Below, one piece after another: positions 52,137-64,000 of a DNA stretch of 64,000 nt. The position numbers and the translations under genes are program-made. The notes under the pieces were generated by a model. It was not told where the DNA came from, did not search any database, and worked only from the letters and a program-made list of their open reading frames with translations. The stretch comes from Phoronis australis. Taxonomy: Eukaryota > Animalia > Phoronida. Every line of letters starts with the position of its first letter. The first letter of the stretch is position 1. The stretch covers positions 130,585 through 194,584 of the forward strand of contig NMRA01000268.1 in NCBI GenBank assembly GCA_002633005.1. The letters are read 5' to 3'.

Positions 52137-53371
52137 GTAAGTATTTTATGTTGATTTATTTTTAATTAAATGTTTTGGCATAGAGAATGTCGCTGTTTAT
52201 TTCCATTTAATTTGTGACTAAAATGTCTCCGCCTGGAGTTCAGAGTTTTGGCAACATGATTAAAGATGATTCAAACAAATCGAAGGCGCCTAAATATTGA
52301 TTTAGACCTGTTGTAGGCCCGCATCCTGTCAAAAACATAACTTTTGATTGAGACATCAGCGCTTTTTAGTCTCAACTTGTTCTTTTCTCAGATTAGAAAT
52401 TATTTCTTAGGGCAAAAGTTTAACTAGGTTGTTGCTATTGCGCAGTTTGTGCCTGTTCTGAGAGAAAACTTCAACTTAACCACACCCTGGCTATGTCATA
52501 GAGGATTGAGTGACACATAGGTGGGCTAGCCTTCGCATAACTGCCAATAACAGAGTCTAAAGCGACAATAAGGCTTACCAATGCAGCAGACTTTCAAACT
52601 GGATCCACTATTTTGAGGAATTTCGACAGGTACAGAGCATTAAGCCTGTTTTGTTTCAAGGATACGTAGCATTTTTCTTTCATGTAAAACATCATTTTAT
52701 GCCCTTTTAAAAACATTGCCGTTGTTTAAGCGAATAACTATTTAACTGATTGTCGTTTATGCATAAAAATGGACAAAAATTGATAAATGAAACCTTTGAC
52801 CTAAACTCACCATGTTAACATATGCAACGTAGACGACAACTCTACAAATACATGCAAGGAGGGCACAAGTGTAAATACTTAGTGCATGTTGGTTGCTGAA
52901 TCGCACTTTCAGCAACTGAAATCCTAGTTCGGAGACATTCCTAAGAATGCGTAGAAGACCCTCCACAGAGGGGAGTTGGCTTGATGGATTGGCCGGCATT
53001 ATTCTCCGGTCGATGCACCAGTCGTCGGATGTATGTTTGTTTCAATCTCCGATGTAAATTCCTTTACAATTACTGTCCACGGATCACCAGCAAATTCAGA
53101 ATTTGAGGACGACTATACGTAACGGAACCTTGGCGATTGCTTGCGAAATCGGCGCGCGACACGCTTGAGTATTTTAAGCGTCATTTGGTCATATTTTGAC
53201 TCAGATTTTTACAGATATAAAACTGGTTTGTTTTTCAATCAAATTGGAGGTGATTTCAGGACTTCAAATAAACTGAGAGTTCGTTATTTCATCAGACCAA
53301 GCTCATCAAAATTTCAAGTCATTTCGTAATTGGCGTGGTCAGACCAAGCAACGAGCGCTTACTTCTTTCCC

Positions 53372-53470
53372 ACCCCAGGGATCACTTCTAAATTTGTTCT
53401 TGATAGAAACAACGAACGCATAGTTTTTTCCGACCCCAGGGATCACTTCTAAATTTGTTCTTGATAGAAA
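53372..53470. repeat. Direct tandem duplication (~38-bp match, period ~61 bp)
   Basis: accccagggatcacttctaaatttgttcttgatagaaa occurs twice. Confidence 0.9.
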
Positions 53471-54525
53471 AAGCAGATTTATTAACTGTTTGGGAATTCA
53501 ACCGCTTGACGTCATTTTCTGCTTCCGGTCTTTGCTCAACTACTAAACAAACATCATTACGATACTCCAAGATGGCGTATCTCATTCATTTTTGGTGTGA
53601 TGTCAAGAACATAAACTGAAGCCATGATTGCTTATTAATAATAAATGTGGTTTTCCCGATTATGATGAAATAACACGATGTTGCTGTTCGATCATGTCGT
53701 GAGCTTTGCGTTTGACTTTTTTTCGCCAAAATAGTGTAAAAGTTTAAGTTTTGCCTTAACATCAGGGGAAATCAATATTTCCAAGAGGTTTGCTATAAAA
53801 CAAACGAAGTGAAAGTTTTCAGTAAGTTGAGCAAAAGTATGAATTTGCTTTTACCGAATGAGGCCAGTGTAGATGACGCTCCCAACAGCAATCTTAGGTC
53901 GAATTTGGCTTGATGATATTCGCCAAACTGTACGCTGCGTAGATTCTGAATCTTTCACGTTTTGTTCACGTCGGTACTTGGCGGCCGACAAGCTAATTCC
54001 AGTATCATTTGAGTAACGGAATGAGTGGAATTACAATGATTATTTCGTGTGTGGCTAGTTTCTCATCCTCTCCTTCCATCTATACTACTTTGAAGCAAAC
54101 AAAACAGTGGCCAAAACGCGTAAATAACGTCTGAAATAAGGCACTAGTTAACGATACATTATATATATATATATTTTTACATGGCGAAGTCGTTATCCTC
54201 CGTTATCTAGAGTGCGAGTGGATTTTGGAGAATTATCGCCCGAGGGGTGAATCTATAAATTAAGGTTTACCAACTTTTATAGCTTACTACACATTTTATC
54301 ACGTTAAGCTTCGACCGCGAAAATATCGTCGGCTAAAGTAGGTTAACACTAGTAACTGAGTATAATACTCAAGACAAAGGATCCTGACGACACGATACCC
54401 GCATTCAAATTGGAGATCGGTGATTTACAAGTGAGAGAACACCAGAGAAAATTTTCACTGAATTAAATATTGTTTTTTTATGGAAATTATGCATCTTATT
54501 TTCATAGCGTATAAATGTCGTGCAA

Positions 54526-56804
54526 CCATAGATCATAGATAACAGATTCGCAACTCCGGCATTTTCTACGTGCTAGCCAAGAGGCGCCGCCACTCTCCTG
54601 ACCTTTCTAGTACAGTTTCCGGTTAGTGTATTTTGACAAGAAATACTTGCATCTACTTTACTGTCCAAAACAACGAAAAAATATTAATTTCGGCATTGAA
54701 ACGCTTTTCAAAGTCTTTCAATAGTAGAAGTGTTGGTATTGTGAGTACTTTTGGCAATGCTACTGGTAATTAATTACAAAATTCAAACTTCGGTGCCGAC
54801 TGATTATGTCGTCTGCTTGCCCAATAGCAGCAGACTTATCGGACAGTTTGTGATTTATGGTTCACATGGGCCTACTGAGAAAACTACGAAAGCATGTTTG
54901 TGCACAAATTCCAACTTAGGAGTACCTGTGAATGCAAAAGATACTTAGCCTATATAACGTTTTTGGTTTAGAAAAATATTAATTTTGTTCGAATTAAAAA
55001 ATGCACCTCTTCAACGATTTGACTAGTTGAACCTTTGCATGTTTATAGTTCAACATTCTCAAGTGAGCAGTTCTTCTGGGAAGAGTTGAGTGGTCCTTAA
55101 AAGGGCCGTTGGTTGTAGTGTGCATGAGCCGTAGGTATAGCGTGAAATGGTTCTTAAAAGAACCGTTGAATAATTCAACATAAATCACACAGTATACCGT
55201 GCTCACTCAAGTACTGAAGGTCCTCTTCATGGCAAGTTTTCATCAGGGAATGCTGGATGAAAACAGAGGAGATGACAATATCGATGACAGTTGTAACACC
55301 TTAAATAGATATGACCGTTCACCAACGTTGTCACGAACCCTGCCTCGTTCAGTTCTTTTCCTTTATCCACAAATAATCCTGANCTGACACATTGTTTTTA
55401 GTATTTTGTGTCACCATTGGGTGAAGTTGTCTAGTTGTTAACCAAACATCCAGAATTTGTTTTTGAACTGATTGACACAGAAATGGTAATCTTATAACTT
55501 GTGCTGTCTTTAAACCAGTCCTCCAGCACACTGTTAAAAGCCACATGGCTCACAAACAATTACATCAGTGATTCTGATCTCAGATATATAAAACAAAAGT
55601 TGTTGTATGGCCAGAGACAATCATTTGAGGGGAAACTTGCATAACCCCAGCTTTCAGATGATGACTCTCTTTGGCCCACACATTTAGTTGCAGTGTTTGG
55701 CTCAATGCTAAATAATCATAGTAAAAGGCATGCTTGAAAAATATTTTCTTGTTGACACAGCAAATTCATGTTTTTAAAATATTGACAAGCAAAGATGAAC
55801 AACTTACCTTCAATGCAGTCAACTATTTTTCCACCACGGCGAACAATTGCTGTCAGTGTAGTGTCCGTAGTCGAAAACTCCTCAGCATACTTGAGGATGC
55901 TGTCCGTGATGATTAGAATCTAAAATCAAGAAACAATAGTTTGTGGTTTTGCTGAAACAATTGGTATATAAGGAACAGAAATTAAAACTCTAGTGTGATT
56001 GCAATGCAACTAAATGACAGAACTGTTAAATGTACCACCACTGATGTATACTTGAAATGCACTATTTTTAACAATCACTGGGTAGGACATCTATCTGTCT
56101 ATGACGTGCAACACAACGGGAATAAACCCAATAAGTGGTTATGAATGATGTGGTGTATGCAAATGCCAAAGATAAATTCTAAAAATAGTCAATTGTTCAC
56201 TTACATGCATGGTTGGATAAAAGCAAAGCTGCAAACTTGCGCTGAAAGTTAAGACGGTTAGTTACCTGGAAATTAATTTGATTAGCAAGGTACACGTTAT
56301 CGGTACACGTTAAGTGACGATATCAGTAAATAATGATATACAATAAACGTTTAATCTACAATCAAACACCTTAATACTACTACTAGAATTTAAATCACAC
56401 TTAAAATACTTATAAACAATGGTAATCCTGAAAAGGACTGCTGAGTTAATCAGAATTATGATCGATGAATAATTCACGAAATCGCAACACGCCCTTGTCT
56501 CAAATAGGACTGTCTGCTATCTGTCAGATTTCCTGCAAGAATGTCACATGACTGCGAGCAGCGCTACCTGTTAGTAAAGCGTCATTGCATCCAGCGCCAT
56601 CTGTTAGCCGTAAAGGTTTTGGATGAGCGGGTACCTTTTGGGCAGCCGACGATGATTAGCAGACGACGTACTTGCCGGAAATGGCACCAGAAAATTTAGC
56701 CAGGTGTCGCCAGTAGATAATGACGTAAGGGCTTATGCGTAAGATCACAGATTTCGTCCATTGAAAGTATACGGAGTTGGCGGTCCATGTACTATAGTCT
56801 ATGG
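54526..56804 (-). mobile_element. 2.28-kb TIR DNA transposon derivative inserted into family B
   Basis: Termini CCATAGATCATAG / reverse complement CCATAGACTATAG. TGCAA is duplicated at 54521-54525 and 56805-56809. The empty site gtcggtgcaatgccc is seen at 23761. Confidence 0.85.
55175..55919 (-). pseudogene. Exon remnants inside the TIR element: SGNH-esterase-like exon and PHD-finger-like segment
   Basis: 55919-55808 is an open exon bounded by ttttag and gtaagt (ILIITDSILKY...VRRGGKIVDCIE). 55378-55175 reads YLRCYNCHRYCHLLCF...(1-nt frameshift)...ILCDLC*. Confidence 0.5.
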
Positions 56805-57925
56805 TGCAATGCCCTTTGCTGAACATGCGATTGTTGCGCGTGCTCATTTTTTTCTCGTTCGATGACGTCAGCCGCTGAGTGGTGTAGTGGTTAAGTCGGC
56901 GACTCGCAACTTTTGAGGTCCGGGCTAATTTTAGCCTCGAATGGCAGATAAAACCGTGTAATAAGCCATAAAGTTATCTCACTAGTGAGATAACATTGTA
57001 ACGCCCCTCGGGCGATAATTCTCCAAAATCCACTCGGGCTCTAGATAACGGGGGATAACGACTACGCCATGTATATATATATTGCGTATTATAGACTAAT
57101 TTCGGGATCAATAATCGAGCGTTTTATAATTTTTTGACACATAAAGTCTGTACTTGTTAATTTTGTAATCATTACAGAATCTTGTTACCTGCCCAAAAGC
57201 AATGCCAAGATGTTCGTTATCACATGACTGAGTTTTTCTCAAATATGGTGACTTTTTATGGAAGTCGCTGTATTTTAATACAAACTTTTTATTGGCTACA
57301 AAAGCGTGACTGCGAGAGAGACACAGAGGGAGAGTGTGCAGCAGGGAAGGGGGAGCCGGGCTTTTAAAAATCTAGATTTTGTCTTCATTTTGTGACAACA
57401 GTGTTTCTGGGTTAAAGGCATTAAAAGAAACTCCCAGAAACGTTATTGCAGCTAGTTTCGCGTGAGAGCATTTGTGTTTGTGGAAAATACGGCGATTTGT
57501 GTAAAAAATCGTAATTAATAACGCGCTCACATGATTGCGAATATACAGGTATTAGTACGGCTAATTAAAGTTGTTTAAGAAGTTTCATCTTTGGTAATGA
57601 AGGTAACAAATCCCCTTAACGAGGCTGTTCACTTTAAGTCCCATAAAACGAAATGAACCACAAACCAAGCCAAGAACATGACGCCGCATTGTAGTATAAA
57701 ATATGTTTAAGAAATTGATTTATGAACTTCTCCAACGGTGCACCTTTCGGTAATCATAAACCGTTAACTATTGAAATCGAATTTGAAGTAGTGTAAAATT
57801 AATACATTTCTGGGTGAAATAATTTTACATTAGGGAACTCATTTGATATTTTGAATAAACAAAATAAATATTTGCTTGAAAATGCATTTACTCTATATAC
57901 TTGAGCTTTTTCTTTCCTTTTGTAG

Positions 57926-58441
57926 GAAGCGATTCTCATATTTGTTTGCTTTGCCTTTGCTTCGAGCCGTGCTACAGGAGTGTGGAGTGAACCTGAAGCG
58001 GGAGGAAGCAGTTATTCCAGTGACCCGGTCCACCGTAATGATCGTTTGGAATGGGATGGTGTGCAAGGACTGAACTTTTACCGGGTGACCACGGATGGAA
58101 ACCGAAAAAACTTGTTTGGCCTCAAACGCTCCGACCTTCACAGAAAAATGCATGTCTTGTCGAAGGGTCAAGAGAAACTGCCTGGCTCTTTTTCAGGCGG
58201 TTCACGATGGCGTCGGCGTTACGTCGCACAGGATAGACATCCGGACCCAAACAAGTTCACCAGAACACCGCTTGATCAAAACCTGGGAATCATTCTGCCA
58301 CGTTTTGGAAATCCTGGTTACGTCACTGGACTCCGCAGCCTCATGTTTAAACGAAAAGATGGCCAGTTGTCAAAAAATATTAAAATCTTGCTCCAAAATA
58401 AGACACCATTAAAGAGCAATTTTAATGGGAGATTCCGTTGA
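57926..58441 (+). CDS. Orphan secreted basic protein / putative prohormone, main exon (172 aa total)
   Basis: Strong acceptor ttttctttccttttgtag; frame open from 57926: (M)EAILIFVCFAFASSRA|TGVWSEPE...FNGRFR*. Signal peptide; RK, KR, RWRRR and KRK sites; AATAAA at 58532. Confidence 0.8.
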   Translation, partial: EAILIFVCFAFASSRATGVWSEPEAGGSSYSSDPVHRNDRLEWDGVQGLNFYRVTTDGNRKNLFGLKRSDLHRKMHVLSKGQEKLPGSFSGGSRWRRRYVAQDRHPDPNKFTRTPLDQNLGIILPRFGNPGYVTGLRSLMFKRKDGQLSKNIKILLQNKTPLKSNFNGRFR

Positions 58442-61035
58442 CACCTCAACGATGTCGTTGTTTTGTTCATGTTTTCCGATTACCAATTTCTATTTCACTA
58501 TGAAGTCGTTATTGTAATGTATGCACACTGTAATAAAAATTGGCACTGATCAGGAAATTCGTTTTTATATATGTTATGTCATTCATGTAGGTACTTATAG
58601 AAAAGTGGGACAATTATTAACAATTTCAAAAGGGGAATTACATGACATCACTCATGTTTTCTTTCGAAAAGAAGTTAATAAAAACGCAATTCCATTCAAC
58701 CACGTGCCATTCTTCCAATTATACTACAAGGGTAACACTTTCGTTGTCTCCCCAATCCCCAATGTCAAAACAATTGTCATCAATCGACGGTATTTATAAA
58801 AGTGTCATCTGTCTGGAAAATTGTGATTTCGTCTGATGTAATCGTTACGTCTGGTACACGGCTAATCTATGGCTTAAGTTAGCCAACTTGATGATACGCA
58901 CATCACGCAAATGTCTGGCCGCCATTTTACCAACGCTCCACTTCCGTGGAGTGGGAGATAATGGATTTCCGATTTTCAATAGAGCCTAAGACGAAGCCAG
59001 AACGAACTAAGGTCACAGAAGTTATTATTGCATCACAGAAGCTCCAATCAATTCAGAAAAAGACCTACGGCGACCAGCTACGAGATGAGCGTAATCATGA
59101 GGTTAGGTGTAACCGTAGTTCAGATAAAATGTGAGAGGGTTTCAAATGAATTCAATTCCACACAGATAAATGTATGGAAGTGAAAAACGCCACTTTTGGA
59201 AACACTGTCAGCCTGTCATTAATGAGCGCGATTTGTTTACGTGCAGACAGTCAATCAAATCAAATCCCCCTACAAAGTTTTCCCACAATACAAAGGCCTT
59301 TTATTTGTCAACCCACACACTCTCTCGAGTGAAACATCTGCCGTATCGTTTCAAAGTTCTGAGCCCTTAGGTTTAATCTTTTTACGGGAGATCGAACCCA
59401 AAATTGTTTTTGGCCTTTCCTATTCTAATTTTGTGCGAACTAAGAATGAGTGAGGACTAGAAACTCATTTGCAATATACCATAATGTACTCAAACACAGA
59501 ATAATAAAGGCTTGAGTTTGAACAAAGGTAGAATGGAAATTGCTGAAAATATTTTCAAGTAAAAAGATTAGATCCCGGCCTTGAACATTTTTGTTCATTT
59601 TGATGTCGCGTTAAAGTCAGCCTGTGAATGAAAATCCGTGTTAGAATACAAGATGAAATTCGATCTCCTGTAAGCCGATACCATGCGAGCCTCGATTCTC
59701 TGCTCCAACGGTGTATCGCCGTTTGAGTGGCTGCGGACTTATTGACCACTGCCCAGTGCATCTTTGACAGGTAAGGATACATGGCTGAGGACGTGGCGTT
59801 TCAAACCTTGCATACCGCTGTGCAGCTTTTCAAAGTATACAAAACACCATGGCTGAAATTGGTGCAAGCGGGCGCGTTTTGTTTTTTTCTTTTAGTCAGG
59901 GACCACAGAGCTTAAAATGGAGCATGGTAAAGCCGTGAATCAACTGTGCTGTTAGGGCTTAAGGATGAAATGGTAGTTCTGTAGTTCTGGGACCCTAGAA
60001 ATTCATCACAAGAGTTTTAAGGGTCAGTGCCTGGTTGAATGAAGCACTATAAAGTCAAGACACAACTATTGTTCCTTAAATTTTAGCTGCATTTGCGAAC
60101 GTTTGCAAACACAGATAGAACACTCTAATGTTAATTTGTCATTACTACATAGTACATATTTCACTTTGAACCACACCAAGAGTAAACTCCTCGTTAAATT
60201 CTCAATATTCTTGAAAGTAAATAGGAACTTTTTCATGCAACGTCCCTTCTGCGCATGTGTATGTCTTTGTTTACTCGCAATTGTTATGTTTTCCTATTAT
60301 TTATTTTAATTGAAATAAGTTTTAGATGAATTATTCGAAAATAATATGAGTAAATGAGGAGCTCATAACAATGATAAGGTGATACAATTTCAATTAAAAT
60401 AAATGTTAAAAACATAGCAATTGCGAATAAACACACATGCGCAGAAGATAAACTTAGGAGAGTCCCTGTTGGGACTCTTTCATATAACCAGACTCAGGGG
60501 CCCGTTAATGAAAGTGGTAAGTCCACTAAGACGGTCGCAACTTCGATATTAATGTGCGCGAGTCAACTCTGAGTATGAATCCGAACTGATTTGTGCTCCG
60601 ACACTTTTGACTTGTCCATGTAGCCATGCAAAATAAGTTAACTCAGCAAACAACAGTGAAATACTAAGAGGCCCCACTAGTTAGTGAATCTAGTCGTAGC
60701 TAAGACAGTCGCAGGCATGGCTTGTGAAGGCAACGCTGTTTTTGGCTAGACTGAAACAAGTGTTACTTAGCGTAAAAGTGATCGACACTCATAATTAAGC
60801 TCAGCACCCAGCGTTGCAAACCTCGTGAATGCATTATTCGCCAATAAAATTTAAAGATGTAATCGATTTGGCGTAGAACAGATTTGCCCCCGTTGATTAA
60901 ACGGATCTCAGGTGTGTTTCTTGATGATCAACTTAATGATAATTTTATTTCATGGTCGCCTGATAGTCATTGAATTAACGGTGAGAGGATTGTAATTTGA
61001 GATAAAACTCTCGGCTGTTTAAAAACGTTAGCGTG

Positions 61036-62190
61036 ACATGGAAATGAAGGTTATCCCACGTACATAGGAATAATACTGCCATGTCCTATCTCGAATTCAT
61101 TTAATCTGGAAATGTCCCAACGAGACCGATGAATTCGAGATAGGATATCGCAGTAGTATTCCTATGTATGTAGGATTGCCCATTTACCCCATGCGTATGA
61201 ACTTATTTGCATCGCGGCGACATCTTGTTACCATGCGCTTTGGCTTTTTGTGATATGAAATCAAATACATTTACCGCGTACCCGCGCCATTTAAGCGAAA
61301 ATGTTAACTGTGATGTTGAATAACTAGTAACGTTTTATTTCATTATAAATTTATGAGAAATTTTCGTTTGTGAAATATACCAGTTCAAATAATGAACCCT
61401 TCAATAATATTAAACGTTGGTTTTGAGAATATAAATTTTGAAACATTAACTGAACAGTCGTGAAGCAGTGTGTCATTTTAGCTTCGTTGAATTTCTTAGT
61501 TCTCTAAGTCCATGTTCGTGTCTTAGCTTCAGGAATGGAAATACTGGTAGAATTACTTTCTCTGTGTTGTATACAGCGCTGGAAATTAACGGTGGAAACT
61601 ACTGATTCGCAGAACTTGAAGTAAGGACTGCATCGCAAAAAGCAGATTTTACGATACCAGCTATGGAAACCCGAGGAACCCTGCGAGCAGACGATTGTGT
61701 TAGTAAAAAACTCAAATTTGCTGTTGGTCGCAAATTTCCTGTGAATATCTTCGTTCTCCGTGTAAATACGCTGTATGCATCCATAATAAATTTTTTTTCG
61801 TTAGATTTGAATTAGATTTGTGTCTGATTTTCTTAACGACGCTATGTAGGCAATTAATCTACTTATGATGATGATCCTGATTAAAACTAGCGAGACATAA
61901 AATATACACCTGATCACAGTACGTCGGAATTTTTGCTGAACGTTTACAGTTTTTAAAGCAGTAAAACTGCGTTTTCAAGAACCATACTTTGCATCAATGT
62001 TTTAGGTAACCCAAATGATCGAGCCCAATAAATTTTGCCGTCTTACACGCGAATTCACTCCAGCAGGCTACTACAAACCAACCGTGAAATACAGCCTCTA
62101 TCATAGTATAGGATTGGATTTACTTTCCTGCATTTCACGGTGTATTTCACGGTATACTGAATGACCGTATTTACACATATGTGGGATACA
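61036..62190. mobile_element. Long-hairpin element, family C (architecture like family A)
   Basis: Hairpin of ~160 bp at 61036-61195 (tcctatctcgaattcat / atgaattcgagatagga). The 3' end atgaccgtattt...gggataca resembles the family A end atggccgtattt...gggataaa. Confidence 0.5.
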
Positions 62191-62996
62191 TATAGATTAT
62201 TACATGGCGAAGTCGTTATCCCCCGTTATCTAGAGCCCGAGTGGATTTTGGAGAATTATCACCCTCGGGGCAAACGCCCCTCGGGCGATAATTCTCCAAA
62301 ATCCACTCGGGCTCTAGATAAGGGGGATAACGGCTGAAAACATGTAATAATCTATTTATACCATATACTAAACGAGAAACATTGCAATGAATCGATTTAC
62401 CTTTTCTGACTCTCCACGGCTTTGTAACTACTTTCTATGTCAGAGGCCTGGGGTCGGAGGTCGTGACCTTTTAAGAAAAGTCGGGCTATTTTTGTCAGAT
62501 AATGCTTTTACTCAAAACCAATTGAAAACTTAAATATAATAGAAATAAATTGAATTTATAAATTAAGGCTTTCCAACTACTATAGCTTAAAACACGTTTT
62601 TTACGCTAAACTTCGACCGGGAAATTATCGTCTGCTAAAGTAGGTTACCACTGGTAACTGAATATAATTCTCAAGTCATAGATCCTGACGACACGATACC
62701 CGCATTCTAACTGGAAATCGGTGATTTACAAGTAAGAGGACATGAGAGAAAAATTTCACTGAATTAAGATATCATTTTTATAGAAATTATGTGTCTTATT
62801 TTTCGTAGCGTATAAGTACAGTACAATGCGGTCTGTTGATCATGCGATTATTGCGCGTGCTCATTTAAGTATTCTGTTATCACTCTTGATGACGTCAGTC
62901 GCTGCATGGTGTAGTGGTAAAGTCGGCGACCAGTAATTTCAGGGTCCGGGGTTCGACTCCGTCCTCGGTTTCCTGCCAAATCGTTATCTCACTAGT
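62191..62996 (+). mobile_element. Family B copy 4 with intact 164-bp hairpin and pseudo-tRNA
   Basis: Hairpin at 62192-62355; A-box TGGTGTAGTGG and B-box GGTTCGACTCC at ~62907-62960; truncated inside the 22-bp palindrome. Confidence 0.8.
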
Positions 62997-64000
62997 TAGT
63001 CGGTGGGCCAGAATTTGTAGGGCCTCTAGAAAATGGTTTTTGTGAGTACTTTAGGGGGGGCAATTTTAGTTTGGTGTTTATTAATTCATTTATTAGAGTG
63101 TTTTCAAAATCTAAAAAGTTCCCGCATATAAAGTTGCACATCTTTGAGAAATTTGAGTTTGAAGTTACCTAATAATCACCAAAGAGCTTAGTAAACTTAT
63201 ATTTGTAAAAACAACAGTTTTGGTGACTTTTTTGTAAAACAAGTAACATGGTCCCATCAGTGTCATTGTATTGAACAATATTACACTCACATTACATGTT
63301 TTACTATTGTAGATAAATTGTAAACAGTGAAATTTAAAAAATGTAAAGAGACACCTAGTGGCAAAAATGCAAACTAAGTCTGAATGTTACTAGGAAGTTA
63401 TTCTGGCATTGTCTGGCAACAAAAATAACACAAAACACTTGAGACAGGGCAAAATTTGTGCCTCAATGACTAAAACATTGACTAATGGTGTAAAATACAG
63501 CTTGTTTGCATAATACACCAGAAATACGTTATAGTACAAAAACAATATAGTTGAATAATCTCTGTGAATGTGCACAGACTGTATGAAAATAATAGATTAT
63601 TCTGACAGCGTTTATCAAGCAGTATGAGACAAGTACATGACAATGATCAAAGTATGTACTTTCTATGACTTAATCAACAAATAAAATTAACTTTTTAATA
63701 CAAAAACGAAATAACGGGGTTGGAGGTCTATTTAGGCTTGACTTGGCAAAGAACTATCCAATGTTATGCAGTCAGTGTTGCTGATGTTACTACAGTTGTC
63801 ACAGCTGCACATTTCTGTACAGTTTGACCCAGCATTGCAGCACAAACTCAGTTTCCCAGCACACATGTTCTTTTGCACTTGCAGCGTTCATCGTTTAGTA
63901 CTGTCAATGGAGATGCGGGCATTGCCATACATTTTAACTGCAAAGCTCCACCGCCAAGGAGCCAACTATGGTCGATTAGAGAGGGTACAGTACTGCACAT
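62997..64000 (-). mobile_element. Academ-type DNA transposon 3' end (degenerate Cys-rich C-terminus); continues beyond the window
   Basis: Terminus TAGTCGGTGGGCCAG. Minus strand 64000-63780 reads PSLIDHSW...LKCMAMPASPLTVL...CKCKRTC...NCTEMCSCDNCSN, a tesmin/CXC-like Cys cluster of the kind found after the XPG-like domain in Academ proteins; contains a stop and a frameshift. Confidence 0.65.

Larger units (their letters stand above)
54160..57081. mobile_element. Family B composite (forward copy plus inverted deleted copy) bounded by ~70-bp inverted arms and (TA)n
   Basis: acatggcgaagtcgttatc...gcccgagggg at 54179-54248 and its reverse complement at 57004-57073; body split by the 54526-56804 insertion. 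Confidence 0.75.

Noticed and set aside
52392-52629. Internal exon of the orphan secreted gene (ttttctcag acceptor)
   Set aside because: Joining it to the ATG exon hits a stop after 12 codons; the other nearby acceptors also give short ORFs.
58946-59134. Possible Crypton N-terminal fragment
   Set aside because: The resemblance is too weak to support without a search.

Overview
Animal (metazoan) genomic DNA, AT-rich and repeat-dense, with GT-AG introns and one 444-N gap. The transposon complement (Helentron-type HINEs, Crypton-like hairpin elements, Academ, Penelope, Tx1) suggests a marine invertebrate such as a mollusc; this is an inference. Four protein-coding genes can be built from the sequence. 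(1) A class-A GPCR with an uninterrupted CDS on the minus strand (3695-4681) and altered signature motifs. (2) A TATA/Inr-driven 3-exon gene (20305-23286) for a 129-aa secreted 10-Cys prokineticin/colipase-fold protein with KR sites inside two expanded loops. (3) A CD225/dispanin membrane-protein gene (~31228-32959). (4) A gene only partly visible in the ORF track: an ATG-only first coding exon (52134-52136) splices across a 5.8-kb intron to 57926-58441, giving a 172-aa orphan secreted, prohormone-like protein, possibly with two TATA promoters. The rest is mostly transposon debris. The most unusual parts are long-hairpin, probably Crypton-related elements whose hairpin spacers are flipped between copies and which carry a pseudo-tRNA and a perfect 22-bp palindrome. 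One copy hosts a TIR element with SGNH-like and PHD-like exon remnants, and another hosts an Academ insertion. All calls come from reading the sequence by eye; no database search was run.
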